Assembly: GCA_040954595.2 (NCBI GenBank)
Contig: CM082579.2
Location: forward strand, 13,331,834 to 13,395,833
DNA from: Balanoglossus misakiensis
Taxonomy: Eukaryota; Animalia; Hemichordata
DNA length: 64,000 bases
Direction of reading: 5' to 3'
This document shows positions 1 through 12,000 of the stretch, piece after piece. Positions within the stretch are counted from its first letter, which is position 1. Every line of letters starts with the position of its first letter. The position numbers and the translations under genes are program-made. Under the pieces are notes generated by a model that saw only the letters and a program-made list of their open reading frames with translations, was not told the origin of the DNA and ran no database searches.

Positions 1-3000
1 TAGCCATCGCCATCTTGTCTCTAGCCTCTGCCAATTGGCAGAGTCAGCCATCTCGTCTCTGGCCTCTGCCGATTGGCAGAGTCAGCCATCTTGTCTCTGG
101 CCTCTGCCAATTGGCAGAGTCAGCCATCTTGTCTCTGGCCTCTGCCAATTGGCAGAGTCAGCCATCTTGTCTCTGGCCTCTGCCAATTGGCAGAGTCAGC
201 CATCTTGTCTCTGGCCTCTGCCAATTGGCAGAGTCAGCCATCTTGTCTCTAGCCTCTGCCAATTGGCAGAGTCAGCCATCTCATCTCTGCCAATTGGCAG
301 AGTCAGCTATCTCGTCTCTGGCCTCTGCCGATTGGCAGAGTCAGCCATCTTGTCTCTGGCCTCTGCCAATTGGCAGAGTCAGCCATCTTGTCTCTAGCCT
401 CTGCCAATTGGCAGAGTCAGCCATCTTGTCTCTGGCCTCTGCCAATTGGCAGAGTCAGCCATCTTGTCTCTGGCCTCTGCCAATTGGCAGAGTCAGCCAT
501 CTTGTCTCTAGCCTCTGCCAATTGGCAGAGTCAGCCATCTCATCTCTGCCAATTGGCAGAGTCAGCCATCTCGTCTCTGGCCCCTGCCAATTGGCAGAGT
601 TAGCCATCGCCATCTTGTCTCTAGCCTCTGCCAATTGGCAGAGTCAGCCATCTCGTCTCTGGCCTCTGCCGATTGGCAGAGTAGCCATCTTGTCTCTAGC
701 CTCTGCCAATTGGCAGAGTCAGCCATCTTGTCTCTAGCCTCTGCCAATTGGCAGAGTCAGCCATCTTGTCTCTGGCCTCTACCAATTGGCAGAGTCAGCC
801 ATCTTGTCTCTGGCCTCTGCCAATTGGCAGAGTCAGTCATCTCATCTCTGCCAATTGGCAGAGTCAGCCATCTCGTCTCTGGCCTCTGCCGATTGGCAGA
901 GTCAGCCATCTTGTCTCTGGCCTCTGCCAATTGGCAGAGTCAGCCATCTTGTCTCTAGCCTCTGCCAATTGGCAGAGTCAGCCATCTTGTCTCTAGCCTC
1001 TGCCAATTGGCAGAGTCAGCCATCTCATCTCTGCCAATTGGCAGAGTCAGCCATCTCGTCTCTGGCCTCTGCCGATTGGCAGAGTCAGCCATCTCGTCTC
1101 TGGCCCCTGCCAATTGGCAGAGTTAGCCATCGCCATCTTGTCACTAGCCTCTGCCAATTGGCAGAGTCAGCCATCTCGTCTCTGGCATCTGCCGATTGGC
1201 AGAGTCAGCCATCTTGTCTCTGGCCTCTGCCAATTGGCAGAGTCAGCCATCTTGTCTCTAGCCTCTGCCAATTGGCAGAGTCAGCCATCTTGTCTCTGGC
1301 CTCTGCCAATTGGCAGAGTCAGCCATCTTGTCTCTGGCCTCTGCCAATTGGCAGAGTCAGCCATCTTGTCTCTAGCCTCTGCCAATTGGCAGAGTCAGCC
1401 ATCTCATCTCTGCCAATTGGCAGAGTCAGCCATCTCGTCTCTGGCCTCTGCCGATTGGCAGAGTCAGCCATCTTGTCTCTGGCCTCTGCCAATTGGCAGA
1501 GTCAGCCATCTCATCTCTGCCAATTGGCAGAGTCAGCCATCTCGTCTCTGGCCCCTGCCAATTGGCAGAGTTAGCCATCGCCATCTTGTCTCTAGCCTCT
1601 GCCAATTGGCAGAGTCAGCCATCTCGTCTCTGGCCTCTGCCGATTGGCAGAGTCAGCCATCTTGTCTCTAGCCTCTGCCAATTGGCAGAGTCAGCCATCT
1701 TGTCTCTGGCCTCTGCCAATTGGCAGAGTCAGCCATCTCGTCTCTGGCCTCTGCCGATTGGCAGAGTCAGCCATCTTGTCTCTGGCCTCTGCCAATTGGC
1801 AGAGTCAGCCATCTTGTCTCTAGCCTCTGCCAATTGGCAGAGTCAGCCATCTTGTCTCTGGCCACTGCCAATTGGCAGAGTCAGCCATCTTGTCTCTGGC
1901 CTCTGCCAATTGGCAGAGTCAGCCATCTTGTCTCTAGCCTCTGCCAATTGGCAGAGTCAGCCATCTCATCTCTGCCAATTGGCAGAGTCAGCCATCTCGT
2001 CTCTGGCCCCTGCCAATTGGCAGAGTTAGCCATCGCCATCTTGTCTCTAGCCTCTGCCAATTGGCAGAGTCAGCCATCTCGTCTCTGGCCTCTGCCGATT
2101 AGCAGAGTAGCCATCTTGTCTCTAGCCTCTGCCAATTGGCAGAGTCAGCCATCTTGTCTCTAGCCTCTGCCAATTGGCAGAGTCAGCCATCTTGTCTCTG
2201 GCCTCTACCAATAAGCAGAGTCAGCCATCTTGTCTCTGGCCTCTGCCAATTGGCAGAGTCAGCCATCTTGTCTCTAGCCTCTGCCAATTGGCAGAGTCAG
2301 CCATCTTGTCTCTAGCCTCTGCCAATTGGCAGAGTCAGCCATCTCATCTCTGCCAATTGGCAGAGTCAGCCATCTCGTCTCTGGCCTCTGCCGATTGGCA
2401 GAGTCAGCCATCTCGTCTCTGGCCCCTGCCAATTGGCAGAGTTAGCCATCGCCATCTTGTCACTAGCCTCTGCCAATTGGCAGAGTCAGCCATCTCGTCT
2501 CTGGCATCTGCCGATTGGCAGAGTCAGCCATCTTGTCTCTGGCCTCTGCCAATTGGCAGAGTCAGCCATCTTGTCTCTAGCCTCTGCCAATTGGCAGAGT
2601 CAGCCATCTTGTCTCTGGCCTCTGCCAATTGGCAGAGTCAGCCATCTTGTCTCTGGCCTCTGCCAATTGGCAGAGTCAGCCATCTTGTCTCTAGCCTCTG
2701 CCAATTGGCAGAGTCAGCCATCTCATCTCTGCCAATTGGCAGAGTCAGCCATCTCGTCTCTGGCCTCTGCCGATTGGCAGAGTCAGCCATCTTGTCTCTG
2801 GCCTCTGCCAATTGGCAGAGTCAGCCATCTCATCTCTGCCAATTGGCAGAGTCAGCCATCTCGTCTCTGGCCCCTGCCAATTGGCAGAGTTAGCCATCGC
2901 CATCTTGTCTCTAGCCTCTGCCAATTGGCAGAGTCAGCCATCTCGTCTCTGGCCTCTGCCGATTGGCAGAGTCAGCCATCTTGTCTCTAGCCTCTGCCAA

Positions 3001-6000
3001 TTGGCAGAGTCAGCCATCTTGTCTCTGGCCTCTGCCAATTGGCAGAGTCAGCCATCTTGTCTCTGGCCTCTGCCAATTGGCAGAGTCAGCCATCTTGTCT
3101 CTAGCCTCTGCCAATTGGCAGAGTCAGCCATCTCATCTCTGCCAATTGGCAGAGTCAGCCATCTCGTCTCTGGCCTCTGCCAATTGGCAGAGTCAGCCAT
3201 CTCGTCTCTGGCCTCTGCCGATTGGCAGAGCCGGCCATCTCGTCTCTGGCCTCTGCCGATTGGCAGAGTCGGCCATCTCGTCTCTGGCCTCTGCCGATTG
3301 GCAGAGTCGGCCATCTCGTCTCTGGCCTCTGCCGATTGGCAGAGTCGGCCATCTCGTCTCTGGCCTCTGCCGATTGGCAGAGTCGGCCATCTCGTCTCTG
3401 GCCTCTGCCGATTGGCACAGTCGGCCATCTCGTCTCTAGCCTCTGCCAATTGGCAGAGTCAGCCATCTCGTCTCTAGCCTCTGCCGATTGGCAGAGTCAG
3501 CCATCTCGTCTCTAGCCTCTGCCAATTGGCAGAGTCAGCCATCTGAAGTCTGCCAAATGGCAGAGTCAGCTATCTCGTCTCTGGCCTCTGCCGATTGGCA
3601 GAGTCAGCCATCTTGTCTCTAGCCTCTGCCAATTGGCAGAGTCAGCCATCACCATCTTGTCTCTAGCCTCTGCCAATTGGCAGAGTCAGCCATCTCGTCT
3701 CTGGCCTCTGCCAATTGGCAGAGTCAGCCATCTTGTCTCTAGCCTCTGCCAATTGGCAGAGTCAGCCATCTCATCTCTGCCAATTGGCAGAGTAAGCCAT
3801 CTCGTCTCTGGCCTCTGCCGATTGGCAGAGTCAGCCATCTTGTCTCTGGCCTCTACCAATTGGCAGAGTCAGCCATCTTGTCTCTAGCCTCTGCCAATTG
3901 GCAGAGTCAGCCATCTCATCTCTGCCGATTGGCAGAGTCAGCCATCTTGTCTCTGGCCTCTGCCAATTGGCAGAGTCAGCCATCTCGTCTCTGGCCTCTG
4001 CCGATTGGCAGAGTCAGCCATCTCGTCTCTGGCCTCTGCCGATTGGCAGAGTCAGCCATCTCGTCTCTGGCCTCTGCCGATTGGCAGAGTCAGCCATCTC
4101 GTCTCTGGCCTCTGCCGATTGGCAGAGTCAGCCATCTCGTCTCTGGCCTCTGCCGATTGGCAGAGTCAGCCATCTCGTCTCTGGTCTCAGCCGATTGGCA
4201 GAGTCAGCCATCTCGTCTCTGGCCTCTGCCGATTGGCAGAGTCAGCCATCTCGTCTCTGGCCTCTGCCGATTGGCAGAGTCAGCCATCTCGTCTCTGGCC
4301 TCTGCCGATTGGCAGAGTCAGCCATCTCGTCTCTGGCCTCTGCCGATTGGCAGAGTCAGCCATCTCGTCTCTGGCCTCTGCCGATTGGCAGAGTCAGCCA
4401 TCTCGTCCCTGGCCTCTGCCAATTGGCAGAGTCAGCTATCTTGTCTCTGGCCTCTGCCAATTGGCAGAGTCAGCCATCTCATCTCTGCCAATTGGCAGAG
4501 TCAGCCATCTCGTCTCTGGCCCCTGCCAATTGGCAGAGTCAGCCATCGCCATCTTGTCTCTAGCCTCTGCCAATTGGCAGAGTCAGCCATCTTGTCTCTG
4601 GCCTCTGCCAATTGGCAGAGTCAGCCATCGCCATCTTGTCTCTAGCCGCTGCCAATTGGCAGAGTCAGCCATCTTGTCTCTAGCCTCTGCCAATTGGCAG
4701 AGTCAGCCATCTTGTCTCTAGCCTCTGCCAATTGGCAGAGTCAGCCATCTCATCTCTGCCGATTGGCAGAGTCAGCCATCTTGTCTCTGGCCTCTGCCAA
4801 TTGGCAGAGTCAGCCATCTTGTCTCTAGCCTCTGCCAATTGGCAGAGTCAGCCATCTCATCTCTGCCAATTGGCAGAGTCAGCCATCTCGTCTCTGGCCT
4901 CTGCCGATTGGCAGAGTCAGCCATCTTGTCTCTGGCCTCTGCCGATTGGCAGAGTCAGCCATCTTGTCTCTGGCCTCTGCCAATTGGCAGAGTCAGCCAT
5001 CTTGTCTCTGGCCTCTGCCAATTGGCAGAGTCAGCCATCTAATCTCTGCCAATTGGCAGAGTCAGCCATCTCGTCTCTGGCCCCTGCCAATTGGCAGAGT
5101 TAGCCATCGCCATCTTGTCTCTAGCCTCTGCCAATTGGCAGAGTCAGCCATCTCGTCTCTGGCCTCTGCCGATTGGCAGAGTCAGCCATCTTGTCTCTGG
5201 CCTCTGCCAATTGGCAGAGTCAGCCATCTTGTCTCTGGCCTCTGCCAATTGGCAGAGTCAGCCATCTTGTCTCTAGCCTCTGCCAATTGGCAGAGTCAGC
5301 CATCTCATCTCTGCCAATTGGCAGAGTCAGCCATCTCGTCTCAGGCCCCTGCCAATTGGCAGAGTTAGCCATCGCCATCTTGTCTCTAGCCTCTGCCAAT
5401 TGGCAGAGTCAGCCATCTCGTCTCTGGCCTCTGCCGATTGGCAGAGTAGCCATCTTGTCTCTAGCCTCTGCCAATTGGCAGAGTCAGCCATCTCGTCTCT
5501 GGCCCCTGCCAATTGGCAGAGTTAGCCATCGCCATCTTGTCTCTAGCCTCTGCCAATTGGCAGAGTCAGCCATCTCGTCTCTGGCCTCTGTCGATTGGCA
5601 GAGTCAGCCATCTTGTCTCTGGCCTCTGCCAATTGGCAGAGTCAGCCATCTTGTCTCTAGCCTCTGCCAATTGGCAGAGTCAGCCATCTTGTCTCTGGCC
5701 TCTGCCAATTGGCAGAGTCAGCCATCTTGTCCCTGGCCTCTGCCAATTGGCAGAGTCAGCCATCTTGTCTCTAGCCTCTGCCAATTGGCAGAGTCAGCCA
5801 TCTCATCTCTGCCAATTGGCAGAGTCAGCCATCTCGTCTCTGGCCCCTGCCAATTGGCAGAGTTAGCCATCGCCATCTTGTCTCTAGCCTCTGCCAATTG
5901 GCAGAGTCAGCCATCTCGTCTCTAGCCTCTGCCAATTGGCAGAGTCAGCCATCTTGTCTCTGGCCTCTACCAATTGACAGAGTCAGCCATCTTGTCTCTG

Positions 6001-9000
6001 GCCTCTGCCAATTGGCAGAGTTAGCCATCGCCATCTTGTCTCTAGCCTCTGCCAATTGGCAGAGTCAGCCATCTTGTCTCTAGCCTCTGCCAATTGGCAG
6101 AGTCAGCCATCTTGTCTCTGGCCTCTACCAATTGACAGAGTCAGCCATCTTGTCTCTGGCCTCTGCCAATTGGCAGAGTCAGCCATCTTGTCTCTAGCCT
6201 CTGCCAAATGGCAGAGTCAGCCATCTCATCTCTGCCTATTGGCAGAGTCAGCCATCTCGTCTCTGGCCTCTGCCGATTGGAAGAGTCAGCCATCTCGTCT
6301 CTGGCCTCTGCCGATTGGCAGAGTCAGCCATCTCGTCTCTGGCCTCTGCCGATTGGCAGAGTCAGCCATCTCGTCTCTGGCCTCTGCCGATTGGCAGAGT
6401 CAGCCATCTCGTCTCTGGCCTCTGCCGATTGGCAGAGTCAGCCATCTCGTCTCTGGCCTCTGCCGATTGGCAGAGTCAGCCATCTCGTCTCTGGCCTCTG
6501 CCGATTGGCAGAGTCAGCCATCTCGTCTCTGGCCTCTGCCGATTGGCAGAGTCAGCCATCTCGTCTCTGGCCTCTGCCGATTGGCAGAGTCAGCAATCTC
6601 GTCTTTGGCCTCTGCCGATTGGCAGAGTCAGCCATCTCGTCTCTGGTCTCTGCCGATTGGCAGAGTCAGCCATCTCGTCTCTGGCCTCTGCCGATTGGCA
6701 GAGTCAGCCATCTCGTCTCTGGCCTCTGCCGATTGGCAGAGTCAGCCATCTCGTCTCTGGCCTCTGCCGATTGGCAGAGTCAGCCATCTCGTCTCTGGCC
6801 TCTGCCGATTGGCAGAGTCAGCCATCTCGTCTCTGGCCTCTGCCAATTGGCAGAGTCAGCCATCTTGTCTCTGGCCTCTGCCAATAGGCAGAGTCAGCCA
6901 TCTCATCTCTGCCAATTGGCAGAGTCAGCCATCTCGTCTCTGGCCCCTGCCAATTGGAAGAGTCAGCCATCGCCATCTTGTCTCTAGCCTCTGCCAATTG
7001 GCAGAGTCAGCCATCTTGTCTCTGGCCTCTGCCAATTGGCAGAGTCAGCCATCGCCATCTCGTCTCTGGCCCCTGCCAATTGGCAGAGTCAGCCATCTTG
7101 TCTCTGGCCTCTGCCAATTGGCAGAGTCAGCCTTCTTGTCTCTAGCCTCTGCCAATTGGCAGAGTCAGCCATCTCATCTCTGCCAATTGGCAGAGTCAGC
7201 CATCTCGTCTCTGGCCCCTGCCAATTGGCAGAGTTAGCCATCGCCATCTTGTCTCTAGCCTCTGCCAATTGGCAGAGTCAGCCATCTCGTCTCTGGCCTC
7301 TGCTGATTGGCAGAGTAGCCATCTTGTCTCTAGCCTCTGCCAATTGGCAGAGTCAGCCATCTTGTCTCTAGCCTCTGCCAATTGGCAGAGTCAGCCATCT
7401 TGTCTCTGGCCTCTACCAATTGGCAGAGTCAGCCATCTTGTCTCTGGCCTCTGCCAATTGGCAGAGTCAGCCATCTTGTCTCTAGCCTCTGCCAATTGGC
7501 AGAGTCAGCCATCTCATCTCTGCCAATTGGCAGAGTCAGCCATCTCGTCTCTGGCCTCTGCCGATTGGCAGAGTCAGCCATCTCGTCTCTGGCCTCTGCC
7601 GATTGGCAGAGTCAGCCATCTCGTCTCTGGCCTCTGCCGATTGGCAGAGTCAGCCATCTTGTCTCTAGCCTCTGCCAATTGGCAGAGTCAGCCATCTTGT
7701 CTCTGGCCTCTGCCAATTGGCAGAGTCAGCCATCTTGTCTCTGGCCTCTGCCAATTGGCAGAGTCAGCCATCTTGTCTCTAGCCTCTGCCAATTGGCAGA
7801 GTCAGCCATCTCATCTCTGCCAATTGGCAGAGTCAGCCATCTTGTCTCTAGCCTCTGCCAATTGGCAGAGTCAGCCATCTTGTCTCTGGCCTCTGCCAAT
7901 TGGCAGAGTCAGCCATCTTGTCTCTGGCCTCTGCCAATTGGCAGAGTCAGCCATCTTGTCTCTAGCCTCTGCCAATTGGCAGAGTCAGCCATCTCATCTC
8001 TGCCAATTGGCAGAGTCAGCCATCTCGTCTCTGGCCCCTGCCAATTGGCAGAGTCAGCCATCGCCATCTTGTCTCAAGCCTCTGCCAATTGGCAGAGTCA
8101 GCCATCTTGTCTCTGGCCTCTGCCAATTGGCAGAGTCAGCCATCGCCATCTTGTCTCAAGCCTCTGCCAATTGGCAGAGTCAGCCATCTCGTCTCTGGCC
8201 CCTGCCAATTGGCAGAGTCAGCCATCGCCATCTTGTCTCAAGCCTCTGCCAATTGGCAGAGTCAGCCATCTTGTCTCTGGCCTCTGCCAATTGGCAGAGT
8301 CAGCCATCGCCATCTTGTCTCAAGCCTCTGCCAATTGGCAGAGTCAGCCATCTTGTCTCTGGCCTCTGCCAATTGGCAGAGTCAGCCATCTTGTCTCTAG
8401 CCTCTGCCAATTGGCAGAGTCAGCCATCTCATCTCTGCCGATTGGCAGAGTCAGCCATCTTGTCTCTGGCCTCTGCCAATTGGCAGAGTCAGCCATCTTG
8501 TCTCTGGCCTCTGCCAATTGGCAGAGTCAGCCATCTCATCTCTGCCAATTGGCAGAGTCAGCCATCTCGTCTCTGGCCCCTGCCAATTGGCAGAGTTAGC
8601 CATCGCCATCTTGTCTCTAGCCTCTGCCAATTGGCAGAGTCAGCCATCTCGTCTCTGGCCTCTGCCGATTGGCAGAGTCAGCCATCTTGTCTCTGGCCTC
8701 TGCCAATTGGCAGAGTCATCCATCTTGTCTCTAGCCTCTGCCAATTGGCAGAGTCAGCCATCTCGTCTCTGGCCTCTGCCGATTGGTAGAGTCAGCCATC
8801 TTGTCTCTGGCCTCTGCCAATTGGCAGAGACAGCCATCTTGTCTCTGGCCTCTGCCAATTGGCAGAGTCAGCCATCTCATCTCTGCCAATTGGCAGAGTC
8901 AGCTATCTCGTCTCTGGCCCCTGCCAATTGGCAGAGTCAGCCATCGCAATCTTGTCTCTAGCCTCTGCCAATTGGCAGAGTCAGCCATCTTGTCTCTGGC

Positions 9001-12000
9001 CTCTGCCGATTGGCAGAGTCAGCCATCTTGTCTCTGGCCTCTGCCAATTGGCAGAGTCAGCCATCTTGTCTCTGGCCACTGCCAATTGGCAGAGTCAGCC
9101 ATCTTGTCTCTGGCCTCTGCCAATTGGCAGAGTCAGCCATCTCATCTCTGCCAATTGGCAGAGTCAGCCATCTCGTCTCTGGCCCCTGCCAATTGGCAGA
9201 GTTAGCCATCGCCATCTTGTCTCTAGCCTCTGCCAATTGGCAGAGTCAGCCATCTTGTCTCTGGCCTCTGCCAATTGGCAGAGTCAGCCATCTCATCTCT
9301 GCCAATTGGCAGAGTCAGCCATCTCGTCTCTGGCCTCTGCCGATTGGCAGAGTCGGCCATCTCGTCTCTAGCCTCTGCCAATTGGCAGAGTCAGCCATCT
9401 CGTCTCTAGCCTCTGCCAATTGGCAGAGTCAGCCATCTCGTCTCTGGCCTCTGCCAATTGGCAGAGTCAGCCATCTTGTCTCTAGCCTCTGCCAATTGGC
9501 AGAGTCAGCCATCTCATCTCTGCCAATTGGCAGAGTCAGCCATCTCGTCTCTGGCCTCTGCCGATTGGCAGAGTCAGCCATCTTGTCTCTGGCCTCTGCC
9601 AATTGGCAGAGTCAGCCATCTTGTCTCTGGCCTCTGCCAATTGGCAGAGTCAGCCATCTTGTCTCTGGTCTCTGCCCATTGGCAGAGTCAGCCATCTTGT
9701 CTCTGGCCTCTGCCCATTGGCAGAGTCAGCCATCTTGTCTCTGGCCTCTGCCGATTGGCAGAGTCAGCCATCTCGTCTCTGGCCTCTGCCGATTGGCAGA
9801 GTCAGCCATCTTGTCTCTGGCCTCTGCCAATTGGCAGAGTCAGCCATCTTGTCTCTGGCCTCTGCCAATTGGCAGAGTCAGCCATCTCATCTCTGCCAAT
9901 TGGCAGAGTCAGCCATCTCGTCTCTGGCCCCTGCCAATTGGCAGAGTCAGCCATCTCATCTCTGCCAATTGGCAGAGTCAGCCATCTCGTCTCTGGCCTC
10001 TGCCGATTGGCAGAGTCAGCCATCTCGTCTCTGGCCCCTGCCAATTGGCAGAGTTAGCCATCGCCATCTTGTCACTAGCCTCTGCCAATTGGCAGAGTCA
10101 GCCATCTCGTCTCTGGCATCTGCCGATTGGCAGAGTCAGCCATCTTGTCTCTGGCCTCTGCCAATTGGCAGAGTCAGCCATCTTGTCTCTAGCCTCTGCC
10201 AATTGGCAGAGTCAGCCATCTTGTCTCTGGCCTCTGCCAATTGGCAGAGTCAGCCATCTTGTCTCTGGCCTCTGCCAATTGGCAGAGTCAGCCATCTTGT
10301 CTCTAGCCTCTGCCAATTGGCAGAGTCAGCCATCTCATCTCTGCCAATTGGCAGAGTCAGCCATCTCGTCTCTGGCCTCTGCCGATTGGCAGAGTCAGCC
10401 ATCTTGTCTCTGGCCTCTGCCAATTGGCAGAGTCAGCCATCTCATCTCTGCCAATTGGCAGAGTCAGCCATCTCGTCTCTGGCCCCTGCCAATTGGCAGA
10501 GTTAGCCATCGCCATCTTGTCTCTAGCCTCTGCCAATTGGCAGAGTCAGCCATCTCGTCTCTGGCCTCTGCCGATTGGCAGAGTCAGCCATCTTGTCTCT
10601 AGCCTCTGCCAATTGGCAGAGTCAGCCATCTTGTCTCTGGCCTCTGCCAATTGGCAGAGTCAGCCATCTTGTCTCTGGCCTCTGCCAATTGGCAGAGTCA
10701 GCCATCTTGTCTCTAGCCTCTGCCAATTGGCAGAGTCAGCCATCTCATCTCTGCCAATTGGCAGAGTCAGCCATCTCGTCTCTGGCCTCTGCCAATTGGC
10801 AGAGTCAGCCATCTCGTCTCTGGCCTCTGCCGATTGGCAGAGCCGGCCATCTCGTCTCTGGCCTCTGCCGATTGGCAGAGTCGGCCATCTCGTCTCTGGC
10901 CTCTGCCGATTGGCAGAGTCGGCCATCTCGTCTCTGGCCTCTGCCGATTGGCAGAGTCGGCCATCTCGTCTCTGGCCTCTGCCGATTGGCAGAGTCGGCC
11001 ATCTCGTCTCTGGCCTCTGCCGATTGGCAGAGTCGGCCATCTCGTCTCTAGCCTCTGCCAATTGGCAGAGTCAGCCATCTCGTCTCTAGCCTCTGCCGAT
11101 TGGCAGAGTCAGCCATCTCGTCTCTAGCCTCTGCCAATTGGCAGAGTCAGCCATCTGAAGTCTGCCAAATGGCAGAGTCAGCTATCTCGTCTCTGGCCTC
11201 TGCCGATTGGCAGAGTCAGCCATCTTGTCTCTAGCCTCTGCCAATTGGCAGAGTCAGCCATCACCATCTTGTCTCTAGCCTCTGCCAATTGGCAGAGTCA
11301 GCCATCTCGTCTCTGGCCTCTGCCAATTGGCAGAGTCAGCCATCTTGTCTCTAGCCTCTGCCAATTGGCAGAGTCAGCCATCTCATCTCTGCCAATTGGC
11401 AGAGTAAGCCATCTCGTCTCTGGCCTCTGCCGATTGGCAGAGTCAGCCATCTTGTCTCTGGCCTCTACCAATTGGCAGAGTCAGCCATCTTGTCTCTAGC
11501 CTCTGCCAATTGGCAGAGTCAGCCATCTCATCTCTGCCGATTGGCAGAGTCAGCCATCTTGTCTCTGGCCTCTGCCAATTGGCAGAGTCAGCCATCTCGT
11601 CTCTGGCCTCTGCCGATTGGCAGAGTCAGCCATCTCGTCTCTGGCCTCTGCCGATTGGCAGAGTCAGCCATCTCGTCTCTGGCCTCTGCCGATTGGCAGA
11701 GTCAGCCATCTCGTCTCTGGCCTCTGCCGATTGGCAGAGTCAGCCATCTCGTCTCTGGTCTCAGCCGATTGGCAGAGTCAGCCATCTCGTCTCTGGCCTC
11801 TGCCGATTGGCAGAGTCAGCCATCTCGTCTCTGGCCTCTGCCGATTGGCAGAGTCAGCCATCTCGTCTCTGGCCTCTGCCGATTGGCAGAGTCAGCCATC
11901 TCGTCTCTGGCCTCTGCCGATTGGCAGAGTCAGCCATCTCGTCTCTGGCCTCTGCCGATTGGCAGAGTCAGCCATCTCGTCCCTGGCCTCTGCCAATTGG

